This document shows positions 17,014-24,401 of a DNA stretch of 32,000 bases, piece by piece. Made by a program: the position numbers and the translations under genes. The first letter of the stretch is position 1; each line of letters opens with the position of its first letter. Location of the stretch: assembly GCF_036323395.1 (NCBI RefSeq), contig NZ_AP028907.1, positions 556,218 through 588,217 of the forward strand, in the 5' to 3' direction. Source of the DNA: Pyrodictium abyssi. Lineage in GTDB: Archaea > Thermoproteota > Thermoprotei_A > Sulfolobales > Pyrodictiaceae. A model generated the notes under the pieces. It made no database searches. It was not told the DNA's origin and was given only the letters and a program-made list of their open reading frames with translations.

Positions 17014-19635
17014 ATGGTCGATGTATCTAGGCGTGAATTCCTCAAGGCAGTAGGCGCTGCGGGCGTAGCCGCAGCCATAGGCAGCTCCGCTGGGCTGAGC
17101 GTGGACAGGAGCAGGGCTGGGAGCCTCCAGCTAGCAGCTGAGCCCGTAGACGGGGAGCTAGTCCCCAACGTCTGCAGGATGTGTACAGCTGGCTGCAGTA
17201 TACTGGTGCGCGTGAGAGACGGGAAGCCCGAGAGGATAATGGGCAACCCGCGCGCCGAGATACTCAACGCTTCTGCTGTCTGCGCCCGCGGGAACATGGG
17301 TATAATGCGTGTGCTTAACCCGGATCGGCCGCGGAAGCCGCTGGTCAGGACGAGCGGCACCCGGGGCTCCTGGGGCTTCCAGGAAGCCGGCTGGGGCGAG
17401 GCAATAGCTAGGGCTGCTGAGGCGCTGAGGAGGATACGCGAGGAGGGCAGGCCCGACAAGCTCATAATAATCCTGGGCGAGGTCGGCTGCGCCACCTACC
17501 ACCCGCACGCGGTAGCATTTGCTAAGACGTTTAAGACCCCGAACGTGATCAGCATACCGCTATCGACGTGTATAATGCCCAAAGGGGTAGCGTGGGGCGT
17601 CACAGGCCTGGCTGGCAAGCATACCGAGGTGGTGCCGGACTACGCTAGGACCAGGTACTTTCTATCATTCGGCCGCAACCTAGGCGGAGCCGTAGCCGTG
17701 GGGCAGACGAGGAAGGCTGGCCGCAGCGTTAGGCGCTACAAGCTGGTGGTCCTCGACCCGAGGCTCAGCGAGTGGGCGGCGAAGGCCGATGAGTGGATCC
17801 AGATAAGGCCCGGCACGGATCTCGCGTTCCTCCTAGCTATGATAAACGTGGTGATAGAGGAGCGGCTCTACGACGGGGACTACCTGGCCCGCTACACCAA
17901 CGCACCCATGGTGATAAGCGGCGACGGCTACGCGCCCGCGAAGACAAGGAAGATAAAGAAGAGCATCGCCGGCAAGGAGGTCGAGCTCGTAGACTTCCTG
18001 GTCTACGACATGGCTTCGAAGAGCTTCCGCTGGGCGAGCGAGGCCAAGGCCCCGGCCCTAGAGCTGCCCGAGGAGGCCAGGGAGCTAGAGGGCAGGAAGG
18101 TACGCACAGTGTTCGAGGCGCTGGCGGAGCACGTGAAGGAGTACACACCGGAGTGGGCTGCGGAGATAACCGGGGTCCCGGCGGAGACCATCCGGAGGAT
18201 AGCCAGAGAGTTCGCGGCCACCAAGCCGGCCGCGGTCGAGACCGGGTGGAATACCAACAAGTACTGGAACGGGTTCCAGCTCTACCGCGCTGCTGCCGTG
18301 CTCGCAGCGCTAACCGGGAACCTGCTCGTACCCGGCGGCGTGGTGCTCTCAACGGCCGGTATAAAGAGCGTGCTGGGCAGAGCCAAGCCGCCGATAGCGC
18401 CGGACGTCTCCATCGTGAAGAAGGCCGAGGTCTCTACGGAGATAGTGCTGAGCGATGGGACCCGGGTGAAGGGCCCGCTACTGCCGCTCGGCCACGGCTA
18501 CCTGGGCCTAGCAGAGGCGCTGAAGAAGGAGAAGGGCTGGGTGATACTGGTAGTCGGCGCGAACCCGGCGAAGACGTTCATGGGAGGCGTGTTCAAGGAG
18601 ATAGCCAGGCTGCCCACGGTAGAGGCTGTCATAGACATAGGCTACAGCGTGGACGATACGGTGCTCTACAGCGACGTGTTCATACCCGAGTGCGCCTACA
18701 CCGAGAGGAGCTACAATATACACGGCTTCCCGTTCACCACGGCTAAGGCGCTCCGCGCCGCGTTCAAGGCGCACGACCCGCCGCCAGGCGTAGAGTGCAA
18801 GGGCATGCTCGAGATACTCCTCGACCTCCTAGCCGCTGTCGACGAGAAGCTAGTGGAGAAGTACGCCGAGGTGCTCGCGGAGGAGCTAGGAGTGCCCAAG
18901 TGCGCCGGCGCGTTCGCCGAGGCCGCCCGCCGCTACCTGGCGAGCCGTAGGCACGACTCCTTCACGGCAGCGGTGCTGGAGGCCCAGGCCCGGTGCATGG
19001 GCGTAGACCTGGAGAAGCTGAAGAGAGAAGGAGTGATACTGATTAAGCCGGAGGAGTGGGGCCTCGAGATGAACCGCAGGATACTCGAGAACGGGTGGCT
19101 CAACACCCCCACCGGCAAGGTAGAGATACTGCCGCTCAAGATACTGGGCCTCATGAAGAAGCGCAAGTTCCCCCTGAAGCCCGAATGGCACCCACTACCC
19201 ACATGGGTGCCGCCACGCTGGCTCAGCAAGCAGCTCGCCGACGACGAGTTCACAGTGGTGACGGGCAAGGTGCCGACGATGAGCTACACCTCTACCTACA
19301 ACAACCCGCTGCTAGCAACTAAGCTGACGCCGCCGGAGCACAAGAGGATATGGATACACCCGTCCAGGGCCGCGGGGCTCGGTATACGCGACGGCGACAT
19401 CGTTGAGGTCTGCGGCGAAAGCGGCAAGTGCTTCAAAGCCAGGGTATGGGTCACAGAGGCTGTCCACCCGGACGCCGTCTACATCCCGCCGCACTATGGG
19501 CCAGAGCCGGGCCTAGAGCCGAGGTTCTACGAGGCCGAGGTGCCGCCACTCGCGGAGCTGACCAGGGACATAGTAGAGCCCGTCACCGGCGCCCACCTCA
19601 TGTCCGATTTCCGCGTAAAGATTAGGAAGGCGTAA
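17014..19635 (+). CDS. Molybdopterin (bis-MGD) oxidoreductase catalytic subunit, Psr/Phs/Sre/Arr-like, Tat-exported
   Basis: The track ORF starts at GTG 17005, but ATG 17014 sits 6 nt after ggaggtg. Twin-arginine signal SRREFLKAVGAAGVAAAIG. 4Fe-4S motif CRMCTAGC...CARG (C-x2-C-x3-C-xn-C). Candidate Mo-ligand Cys in PLSTCIMPKG. 870-876 aa. Confidence 0.85.
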   Translation: MVDVSRREFLKAVGAAGVAAAIGSSAGLSVDRSRAGSLQLAAEPVDGELVPNVCRMCTAGCSILVRVRDGKPERIMGNPRAEILNASAVCARGNMGIMRVLNPDRPRKPLVRTSGTRGSWGFQEAGWGEAIARAAEALRRIREEGRPDKLIIILGEVGCATYHPHAVAFAKTFKTPNVISIPLSTCIMPKGVAWGVTGLAGKHTEVVPDYARTRYFLSFGRNLGGAVAVGQTRKAGRSVRRYKLVVLDPRLSEWAAKADEWIQIRPGTDLAFLLAMINVVIEERLYDGDYLARYTNAPMVISGDGYAPAKTRKIKKSIAGKEVELVDFLVYDMASKSFRWASEAKAPALELPEEARELEGRKVRTVFEALAEHVKEYTPEWAAEITGVPAETIRRIAREFAATKPAAVETGWNTNKYWNGFQLYRAAAVLAALTGNLLVPGGVVLSTAGIKSVLGRAKPPIAPDVSIVKKAEVSTEIVLSDGTRVKGPLLPLGHGYLGLAEALKKEKGWVILVVGANPAKTFMGGVFKEIARLPTVEAVIDIGYSVDDTVLYSDVFIPECAYTERSYNIHGFPFTTAKALRAAFKAHDPPPGVECKGMLEILLDLLAAVDEKLVEKYAEVLAEELGVPKCAGAFAEAARRYLASRRHDSFTAAVLEAQARCMGVDLEKLKREGVILIKPEEWGLEMNRRILENGWLNTPTGKVEILPLKILGLMKKRKFPLKPEWHPLPTWVPPRWLSKQLADDEFTVVTGKVPTMSYTSTYNNPLLATKLTPPEHKRIWIHPSRAAGLGIRDGDIVEVCGESGKCFKARVWVTEAVHPDAVYIPPHYGPEPGLEPRFYEAEVPPLAELTRDIVEPVTGAHLMSDFRVKIRKA

Positions 19636-19659
19636 CACGCTATGCGGGGTGGCTAGCCT

Positions 19660-20301
19660 ATGACCCGGTACGCGATGGTAATAGACCTGGGGAAGTGCGT
19701 CGGCTGCTCAGCATGCGTGGCTGCATGCATAGCTGAGAACCTCAACAGCCCCACGTACTACCAGCCGCCGCCGCTGGCGAAGCTGCTAGGCCTGGTGGAG
19801 GAGGCCCGGCGGGAGGAGGCTAGGACGCTGATACACGAGCTGCTCTGGACGCGCACAAGCGTGCACCGCGTCTACGGCGGCGGCAGCATGACGGTGTACC
19901 ACCTCATCTGCCAGCACTGCGACAACGCGCCATGCGTCACAGTATGCCCCACGGGGGCCAGCTTCCAGCGCCGCGACGGGATAGTGCTGGTGAACCCCGG
20001 CAAGTGCATACTCTGCGGCTACTGTATAGCAGCCTGCCCCTACGGCGCGCGCCACGTGAACCCCTTCACCCGGACCGTCGACAAGTGTACGTTCTGCGTA
20101 CACAGGCTAGAGCAGGGCAAACAGCCGGCATGCGTAGAGACCTGCCCTACCGGGGCCAGGATACTAGGCGACCTAGAGGACCCCCGAGACCCCGTAGCGA
20201 GGCTCGTAGCGAGCGGCCAAGCCCGGCCAGGCTCCCCTGGAGCAGTCCTAGGCCCCACAGTGCCCCGGGTCTACACCGTGCCGCCCCAGAAGAAGAGCTA
20301 G
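19660..20301 (+). CDS. 4Fe-4S ferredoxin-type electron-transfer subunit (PsrB/DmsB-like)
   Basis: 213 aa with four cluster motifs: CVGCSACVAAC, CQHCDNAPCVTVCP, CILCGYCIAACP and CTFC...CVETCP. Confidence 0.9.
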   Translation: MTRYAMVIDLGKCVGCSACVAACIAENLNSPTYYQPPPLAKLLGLVEEARREEARTLIHELLWTRTSVHRVYGGGSMTVYHLICQHCDNAPCVTVCPTGASFQRRDGIVLVNPGKCILCGYCIAACPYGARHVNPFTRTVDKCTFCVHRLEQGKQPACVETCPTGARILGDLEDPRDPVARLVASGQARPGSPGAVLGPTVPRVYTVPPQKKS

Positions 20302-20399
20302 AGGCCACGCTAGATACGCCCTGGGCCAGCGGTACACGGTTTTTATACTACAAGCCACGGCTCTCCTTATAGATCCTGGTATTCCGCGCCCCGAGCCCT

Positions 20400-21433
20400 A
20401 TGTGCAGTGTCTCTGTCTCACCGGCTTCCTGTATACCGGAGAGTGTCCACGTCATGGGCGGCGTGGGCGAGACGTTGGAGAGGTTCTACAGCAGATGGGG
20501 CTGGCCAGAGAACCCCTCTGGCAGTGAGGCCTGCGAGCGCTTCAACGCGCTGCTAGACTACGCCCAGGCCCATGGCGTCTGTGAGGCTAGCAGGCCTCGT
20601 GGAGCGGGGCAGCGTAGCTGTGCTCGACGTCACTGCTGGCAGCGGTATCGCGGGCGCAGCCTTCGCAGCCGCCCTAGCGCGGCTAGGCGCCAGGGTGAGG
20701 CTCACAGCCACGGACCTGCGCAGAGACGTGCTCGAGAAGGTTCATGGGTGGCTACGTCTAGCGGGCGTAGAGGACCGCGTCGAAGCCGAGACGGTGGTAG
20801 CTGATGCTGCCCGGCTCCCCGAGAAGCTGGGCTGCTGCTTCGACCTGGCAGTCATCTGGGGGAGCTCGCTCCCGCACTTCTCGCCCTGGCGGCTCCTGCT
20901 AGCACTGGCGAGCCTGAGGGAGCTACAGCCGCGCCACGGCGTGCTGCTTGTCGAACAGCGCGACCTCCTGCCAAGGCTGCTCTTCAACAACCTCTACGCG
21001 AGGATCAATGTCGAGTATGCAAAGGAGGACGGCCGTGGTGTAGTGGGAGTGCACGCAGGGTATGATCCAGCTTAGGGGTGTTGTCAGGAGTGTCTTCTAC
21101 GAGCTGCCCGGCTACAGGTACTTCGCAACAATGCCTATGAGGGTCTGGGACCTGGCGTCGGTGGCTGCTATGCTTTGGGTCTTCTACCGCCGCGTCGAGC
21201 TAGTGGAGCCGAGCCGGGACCCCCTGGGGGCGGAGGTGCTCGTAGCCAGTGAGCCCCGCGGGGACGCGCCGAGCAGCAGGGAGCTCTGGGAGACACTGCC
21301 AGAACAGCTCCAGGGGGCCATAGGCAACAGTGGCTCCGAGAAGAGGGGTCTAGTCTACCTGCTCGCCCCGTATCTCTACGCCGAGCTGCTCGGCCAGCTC
21401 CCGGGCCCGTCTACGGTAGCCGGGAGCGACTAG
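20400..21433 (+). pseudogene. Class I SAM-dependent methyltransferase broken into three frames by two +1 shifts
   Basis: Frame 0 (ATG 20400 or 20454) reads MGGVGETLERFYSRWGWPENPSGSEACERFNALLDYAQAHGV. Frame +1 (20572..21075) reads RLAGLVERGSVAVLDVTAGSGIAG (SAM motif I)...GVLLVEQRD. Frame +2 (21062..21433) reads LRGVVRSVFYELPGYRYFATMPMRVWDL...VELVEP. The joints lie at about 20556-20585 and about 21062-21075. Confidence 0.6.
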
Positions 21434-22249
21434 GAGTAGCCTCGGCCTGACCCCGGTCTCCTTCTCGTAGAGCCTGCCTATCCTGTAGAGCTCCGCCACG
21501 TCGGCGCGGTCTGCTAGGGACTTGTACTCGACCAGGACGTGCACGTCGTCCTTCACCAGCACGTCTACCTCTACCACCGAGGGGTGGCCGAACACTAGGC
21601 CCTCCCGGTCATAGGCGGTCCAGCGCACTGCCCGGTACCCCCGGAGCAGGTCCTCTACGAGGTACTTCACGGCCCCGCGGAAGGCCTCCTCCGTCGCCGC
21701 GCCGTAGCGGTGGCCTAGAGCCATTATCTTCGCCGTGAGCTCCTGTACCGCGCGGGACAGCTGCTCGAGACGCTCCTCGACACGGAGCACCCTCTCCTCG
21801 AGCCTTTGCTGCCTCTCCTCCAGCCGCTGCTGTGCCTTCCGTAGCTCCAGGAACTCCTCCTCTAGCCTTGCGAACCGCTCCTCCAGTCTCGCAAAGCGCT
21901 CCTCCAGCTCCGCGAACCTCTCCTCTAGCTTGACGAACCTCTCTTCTAGCAGCTGCTGGCGCTCCTCTAGCTTCGCTATGCGCTCTTCTAGCCTAAGCAT
22001 CCTCTCCTCTAGCTCTGCGAACCTTTCCTCGAGGCGGGCGAAGCGCTCCTCAAGCCTGGCAAACCGTTCCTCTAGCCTCTGCTGTCTCTCCTCCAGCACT
22101 TGTTGCCGCTCTTCTAGCCTTGCGAACCGCTCTAGCAGCTCCCGGTAACCCAGCAGCCCCATCACAGCGTGGCGGAACTCCCGGTCCTCCTCGAGGAGGT
22201 CTAGCAGCGCCTCCTTGAGAGCCCTCCGGTCCCCCGCTACACCCGCCAC
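21350..22249 (-). CDS. Coiled-coil (18 x LEERFAR heptad) protein with a C-terminal PD-(D/E)XK nuclease-like domain (DUF3782-like architecture)
   Basis: 299 aa with a GTG start. N-terminal ALKEALLDLLEEDREFRHAVMGLLG, then 18 heptads. The C-terminal domain has TEEAFR ... VVEVDVLV ... VLVEYKS, an E/D/ExK arrangement. Confidence 0.75.
   Translation of the reverse strand: MAGVAGDRRALKEALLDLLEEDREFRHAVMGLLGYRELLERFARLEERQQVLEERQQRLEERFARLEERFARLEERFAELEERMLRLEERIAKLEERQQLLEERFVKLEERFAELEERFARLEERFARLEEEFLELRKAQQRLEERQQRLEERVLRVEERLEQLSRAVQELTAKIMALGHRYGAATEEAFRGAVKYLVEDLLRGYRAVRWTAYDREGLVFGHPSVVEVDVLVKDDVHVLVEYKSLADRADVAELYRIGRLYEKETGVRPRLLLVAPGYRRRARELAEQLGVEIRGEQVD
21761..22138 (-). repeat. 18 tandem imperfect 21-bp units, in frame, encoding the LEER(F/Q)(A/Q)(R/K/E) heptads
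   Basis: On the plus strand the unit reads ctcctc tag cnt gcgaaccg.... The periodicity is visible by eye across 378 nt, and units differ mostly at synonymous or conservative positions. Confidence 0.85.
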
Positions 22250-22854
22250 GCCGCAGCACCCCGCAGCACTGGCGCCCTGCTCCCGCAGGCCCCGTGCCTA
22301 CCCGGGCTGTGGCTCGGGCCCGGCACTACTAGATGGCCCTGGGTGTGCTTATGCTGGTTTCCCCCAGGGGCTTCCCGGCCTCCCTGGCTAGGCTCTCTAT
22401 GAGCTGTACTACCCTGCTCCGCCGCGTTGGTCGCTGGGCACGCGTTGACGCAGGCGCGGCGCCCCGTGCACTTCTCGGGGTCAGTGACGGCTGGGCCCTG
22501 GACAGCGTCCTCAGGGCAGCTGCTGGCGCAGAGCATGCACTGCTCCCCGGCGCAGGCCGAGGCCATGAGGAGTATTGATGCCGCGAGCCTGGCGAGCCGC
22601 CGCCTAGGCCTGAGCGGCACCCCGGCTGGTGCCCCTACGCGGCCGCTGCGGGTGACCCGGGCCCAGGCCCCGCCGTCCCGGAGCGTCGCGGCCTCCTCGT
22701 CGACGCTGTGGGCTAGGCCGGCGGCCTTGGCTAGGCCCGGTATCCTGTCCCAGTCCGGGCTGCCGGGGAGGCCTGGGGAGGCGACTAGCAGCTCCCCCTC
22801 GCGGCTGTACTCCCGCGCGGCAGCGGCGCCCCATGTGTTGAGCCTCTCCAGCAC
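22237..22854 (-). CDS. Cys-rich ferredoxin-like (4Fe-4S-type motifs) hypothetical protein; C-terminus possibly frameshifted
   Basis: GTG start. Contains CAGEQCMLCASSCP (C-x4-C-x2-C-x3-CP) and CTGRRACVNACP (C-x5-C-x3-CP). After about aa 145 the listed frame becomes low-complexity, whereas the +1 frame reads RVVQLIESLAREAGKPLGETSISTPRAI and stops at 22329. Confidence 0.5.
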   Translation of the reverse strand: MLERLNTWGAAAAREYSREGELLVASPGLPGSPDWDRIPGLAKAAGLAHSVDEEAATLRDGGAWARVTRSGRVGAPAGVPLRPRRRLARLAASILLMASACAGEQCMLCASSCPEDAVQGPAVTDPEKCTGRRACVNACPATNAAEQGSTAHREPSQGGREAPGGNQHKHTQGHLVVPGPSHSPGRHGACGSRAPVLRGAAAWRV

Positions 22855-22951
22855 CCCGTCCGGGTCTAGGCCAGCCTGGCTGGCTAGCCCCAGCGCATGG
22901 ATAAGGCTGCCAGTATGGCCCCCGGCTCCTCTAAAGCCCGGAGGCCGCTAC

Positions 22952-23653
22952 ATGGCCGCCCCCGGGGCCTCCGCTGTTATGCTGCCCGTAGCCGCTGTAG
23001 CGGCCGCGCTCCTCGAGGCCAGCGAGGGCTGCGTCAACGCCGAGGAGCTGGCTGGGAGGCTGTTCCTCCGCCCAGGGCTGGTACGGGCCGCGCTCGAGAG
23101 GCTCGCCGAGGCTGGGGGCCTAGAGCTCAGCGGCGACAGAGCGTGCATAGCCGACCGCGTGGAGCTCGCCCTCGCGGCTGTACGGCTCGGGGTCCCGGAG
23201 ACAGCTGTGGCCCGGGGCCTCGACTGGAGGATGTTCGAGGAGTACGCGGCCCGGGCCCTCCGGGAGGCGGGGTTCGAGGCCCGCCGGGGGCTCCGGCTCC
23301 ACGGCCGCGGCGGCCTAGAGCTAGACGTGCTGGGGCTCGACCCCGCCGGGGGCCTCGCGGTGGCCATCGACTGTAAGCACTGGAGTCCCAGGGTCTCTAC
23401 GCCCTCCCGGCTTCGCGCAGCCGCGGCCCGGCACCGGGCCAGGGTGGAGAGGCTCGCAGCCAGCTGGCGGCGGCTAGGCCTCCCCCAGGGCAGGTGGAGG
23501 ATAGTGCCTGCGCTCCTCGTGCTAAGGGAGAGCGTCCCCAGGCTAGCCGAGGGCGTAGCAGTGGTGCCCGCTTCGCGGCTCCGCGGCTTCATAGAGGAGC
23601 TGCCCGTGCTAGCCGAGGAGCCCGCCATACACGTAGTGAGGCTCGAAGCGTGA
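22952..23653 (+). CDS. wHTH plus PD-(D/E)XK (Mrr/restriction-endonuclease-like) domain protein
   Basis: Taken from ATG 22952, residue 176 of track ORF 22427..23653; the upstream part is antisense to the Fe-S gene. The N-terminal LEASEGCVNAEELAGRLFLRPGLVRAALERLAEAGGLE is wHTH-like. The nuclease core is FEEYAARALREAGF ... LELDVLGL ... AVAIDCKHW. Confidence 0.65.
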   Translation: MAAPGASAVMLPVAAVAAALLEASEGCVNAEELAGRLFLRPGLVRAALERLAEAGGLELSGDRACIADRVELALAAVRLGVPETAVARGLDWRMFEEYAARALREAGFEARRGLRLHGRGGLELDVLGLDPAGGLAVAIDCKHWSPRVSTPSRLRAAAARHRARVERLAASWRRLGLPQGRWRIVPALLVLRESVPRLAEGVAVVPASRLRGFIEELPVLAEEPAIHVVRLEA

Positions 23654-23669
23654 GGCTCACTGGGGGCGG

Positions 23670-24116
23670 TCACGGCACTGTCTCGACTCCTAGCCTTCTC
23701 GCGAGCTTTCCCAGCTTCTCGTCGAATGTGGCGAGCACCGCGTCGTGGTACATCGCTGTGGAGAGTACTATGTAGTCGTTGACCTCGCGCGGGCTTGCAC
23801 TGTGCTCCTCTAGCAGTCTTAGAGCCTGGTATAGCACGGTAGGGGGCTCTGCCGGGTACCTGGCCCGGGGGTCTCCGAGGTACTCCTGGAGCTTCTGTGC
23901 CACGAAGCCCGGCGGTACTCCGAGCTTCCTCACCATGACCCAGATATACTCGTGGAGCACTATAGACGGGAGTATAATCTCGCCAGCGGAGTCTATTATG
24001 TCCACAGCTTCTCCGTGGTGAGGGCTATCCTCGACTGTCTCGTAGACAAGTACGTTCGTGTCAGGGAGAAGTGGCTTCGTCGAGGAGCTCCTCGATGGCC
24101 TCCTCGATCTCCTCAA
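23670..24116 (-). CDS. vapC: PIN-domain ribonuclease toxin VapC
   Basis: 148 aa. Contains LLPDTNVLVYETV, LHEYIW, NDYIVLSTA and LATFDEKL acidic motifs. The only in-frame start is TTG 24116, overlapping the vapB end, so the true start is uncertain. Confidence 0.8.
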   Translation of the reverse strand: MRRSRRPSRSSSTKPLLPDTNVLVYETVEDSPHHGEAVDIIDSAGEIILPSIVLHEYIWVMVRKLGVPPGFVAQKLQEYLGDPRARYPAEPPTVLYQALRLLEEHSASPREVNDYIVLSTAMYHDAVLATFDEKLGKLARRLGVETVP

Positions 24117-24321
24117 CTGTTATCCTCCTCCCGAGCCTTATCGTGAGCCTCTTACGCCTTATCGGGATGATCTTGATCACACCCTCATCTTCGTCGTAGA
24201 GCACCTCAACTAGGTCACCCTCCCTTATATTGGCCTTAGCCCTTACGGCAGCTGGTATGGTCACCTGGTAGTTCCGTGTAACCTTAACCACTTCACCCAA
24301 GCTATCCCTAGTAGTGGTCAT
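24061..24321 (-). CDS. vapB: AbrB/SpoVT-type antitoxin VapB
   Basis: 86 aa. VVKVTRNYQVTIPAAVRAKANIREGDLVEVLYDEDEGVIKIIP is a swapped-hairpin AbrB motif. Lies directly upstream of vapC. Confidence 0.8.
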   Translation of the reverse strand: MTTTRDSLGEVVKVTRNYQVTIPAAVRAKANIREGDLVEVLYDEDEGVIKIIPIRRKRLTIRLGRRITVEEIEEAIEELLDEATSP

Positions 24322-24352
24322 AACTCTACTAGTAGATAAGAGTTTCTACTAG
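24308..24352. promoter_or_regulatory. Putative VapB operator: repeated TCTACTAG half-sites
   Basis: A perfect 12-bp palindrome tctactagtaga lies at 24325-24336. A second tctactag is at 24345-24352, spaced 20 bp, and an inverted ctagtag at 24308-14. All abut the vapB ATG (24321). Confidence 0.5.
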
Positions 24353-24401
24353 GAGCCAAGGCGTGCACTAGGCTGTAACAAGCTTTGAACACCTAACACT
24401 T

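Noticed and set aside
17793-18746. 317-aa plus-strand ORF inside the molybdopterin oxidoreductase gene
   Set aside because: It is an alternative frame of a clearly coding gene. The product is Arg/Gly/Pro-rich low complexity, typical of off-frame translation in GC-rich DNA.
21761-22138. Regular 21-bp repeats as a possible CRISPR or other non-coding array
   Set aside because: The units are contiguous with no spacers, in frame, and encode heptads within a continuous ORF. This is a coding tandem repeat, not CRISPR.
21735-22148. 137-aa Ser-rich plus-strand ORF across the tandem repeats
   Set aside because: It is a mirror image of the LEERFAR repeat array and stays open only because of repeat periodicity. 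The minus-strand product continues into a real globular domain.
22948-23673. 241-aa minus-strand ORF overlapping the wHTH-nuclease gene
   Set aside because: The product is Ser/Ala/Arg-rich and featureless. The plus-strand frame carries a coherent wHTH plus the E/D/DxK nuclease core.
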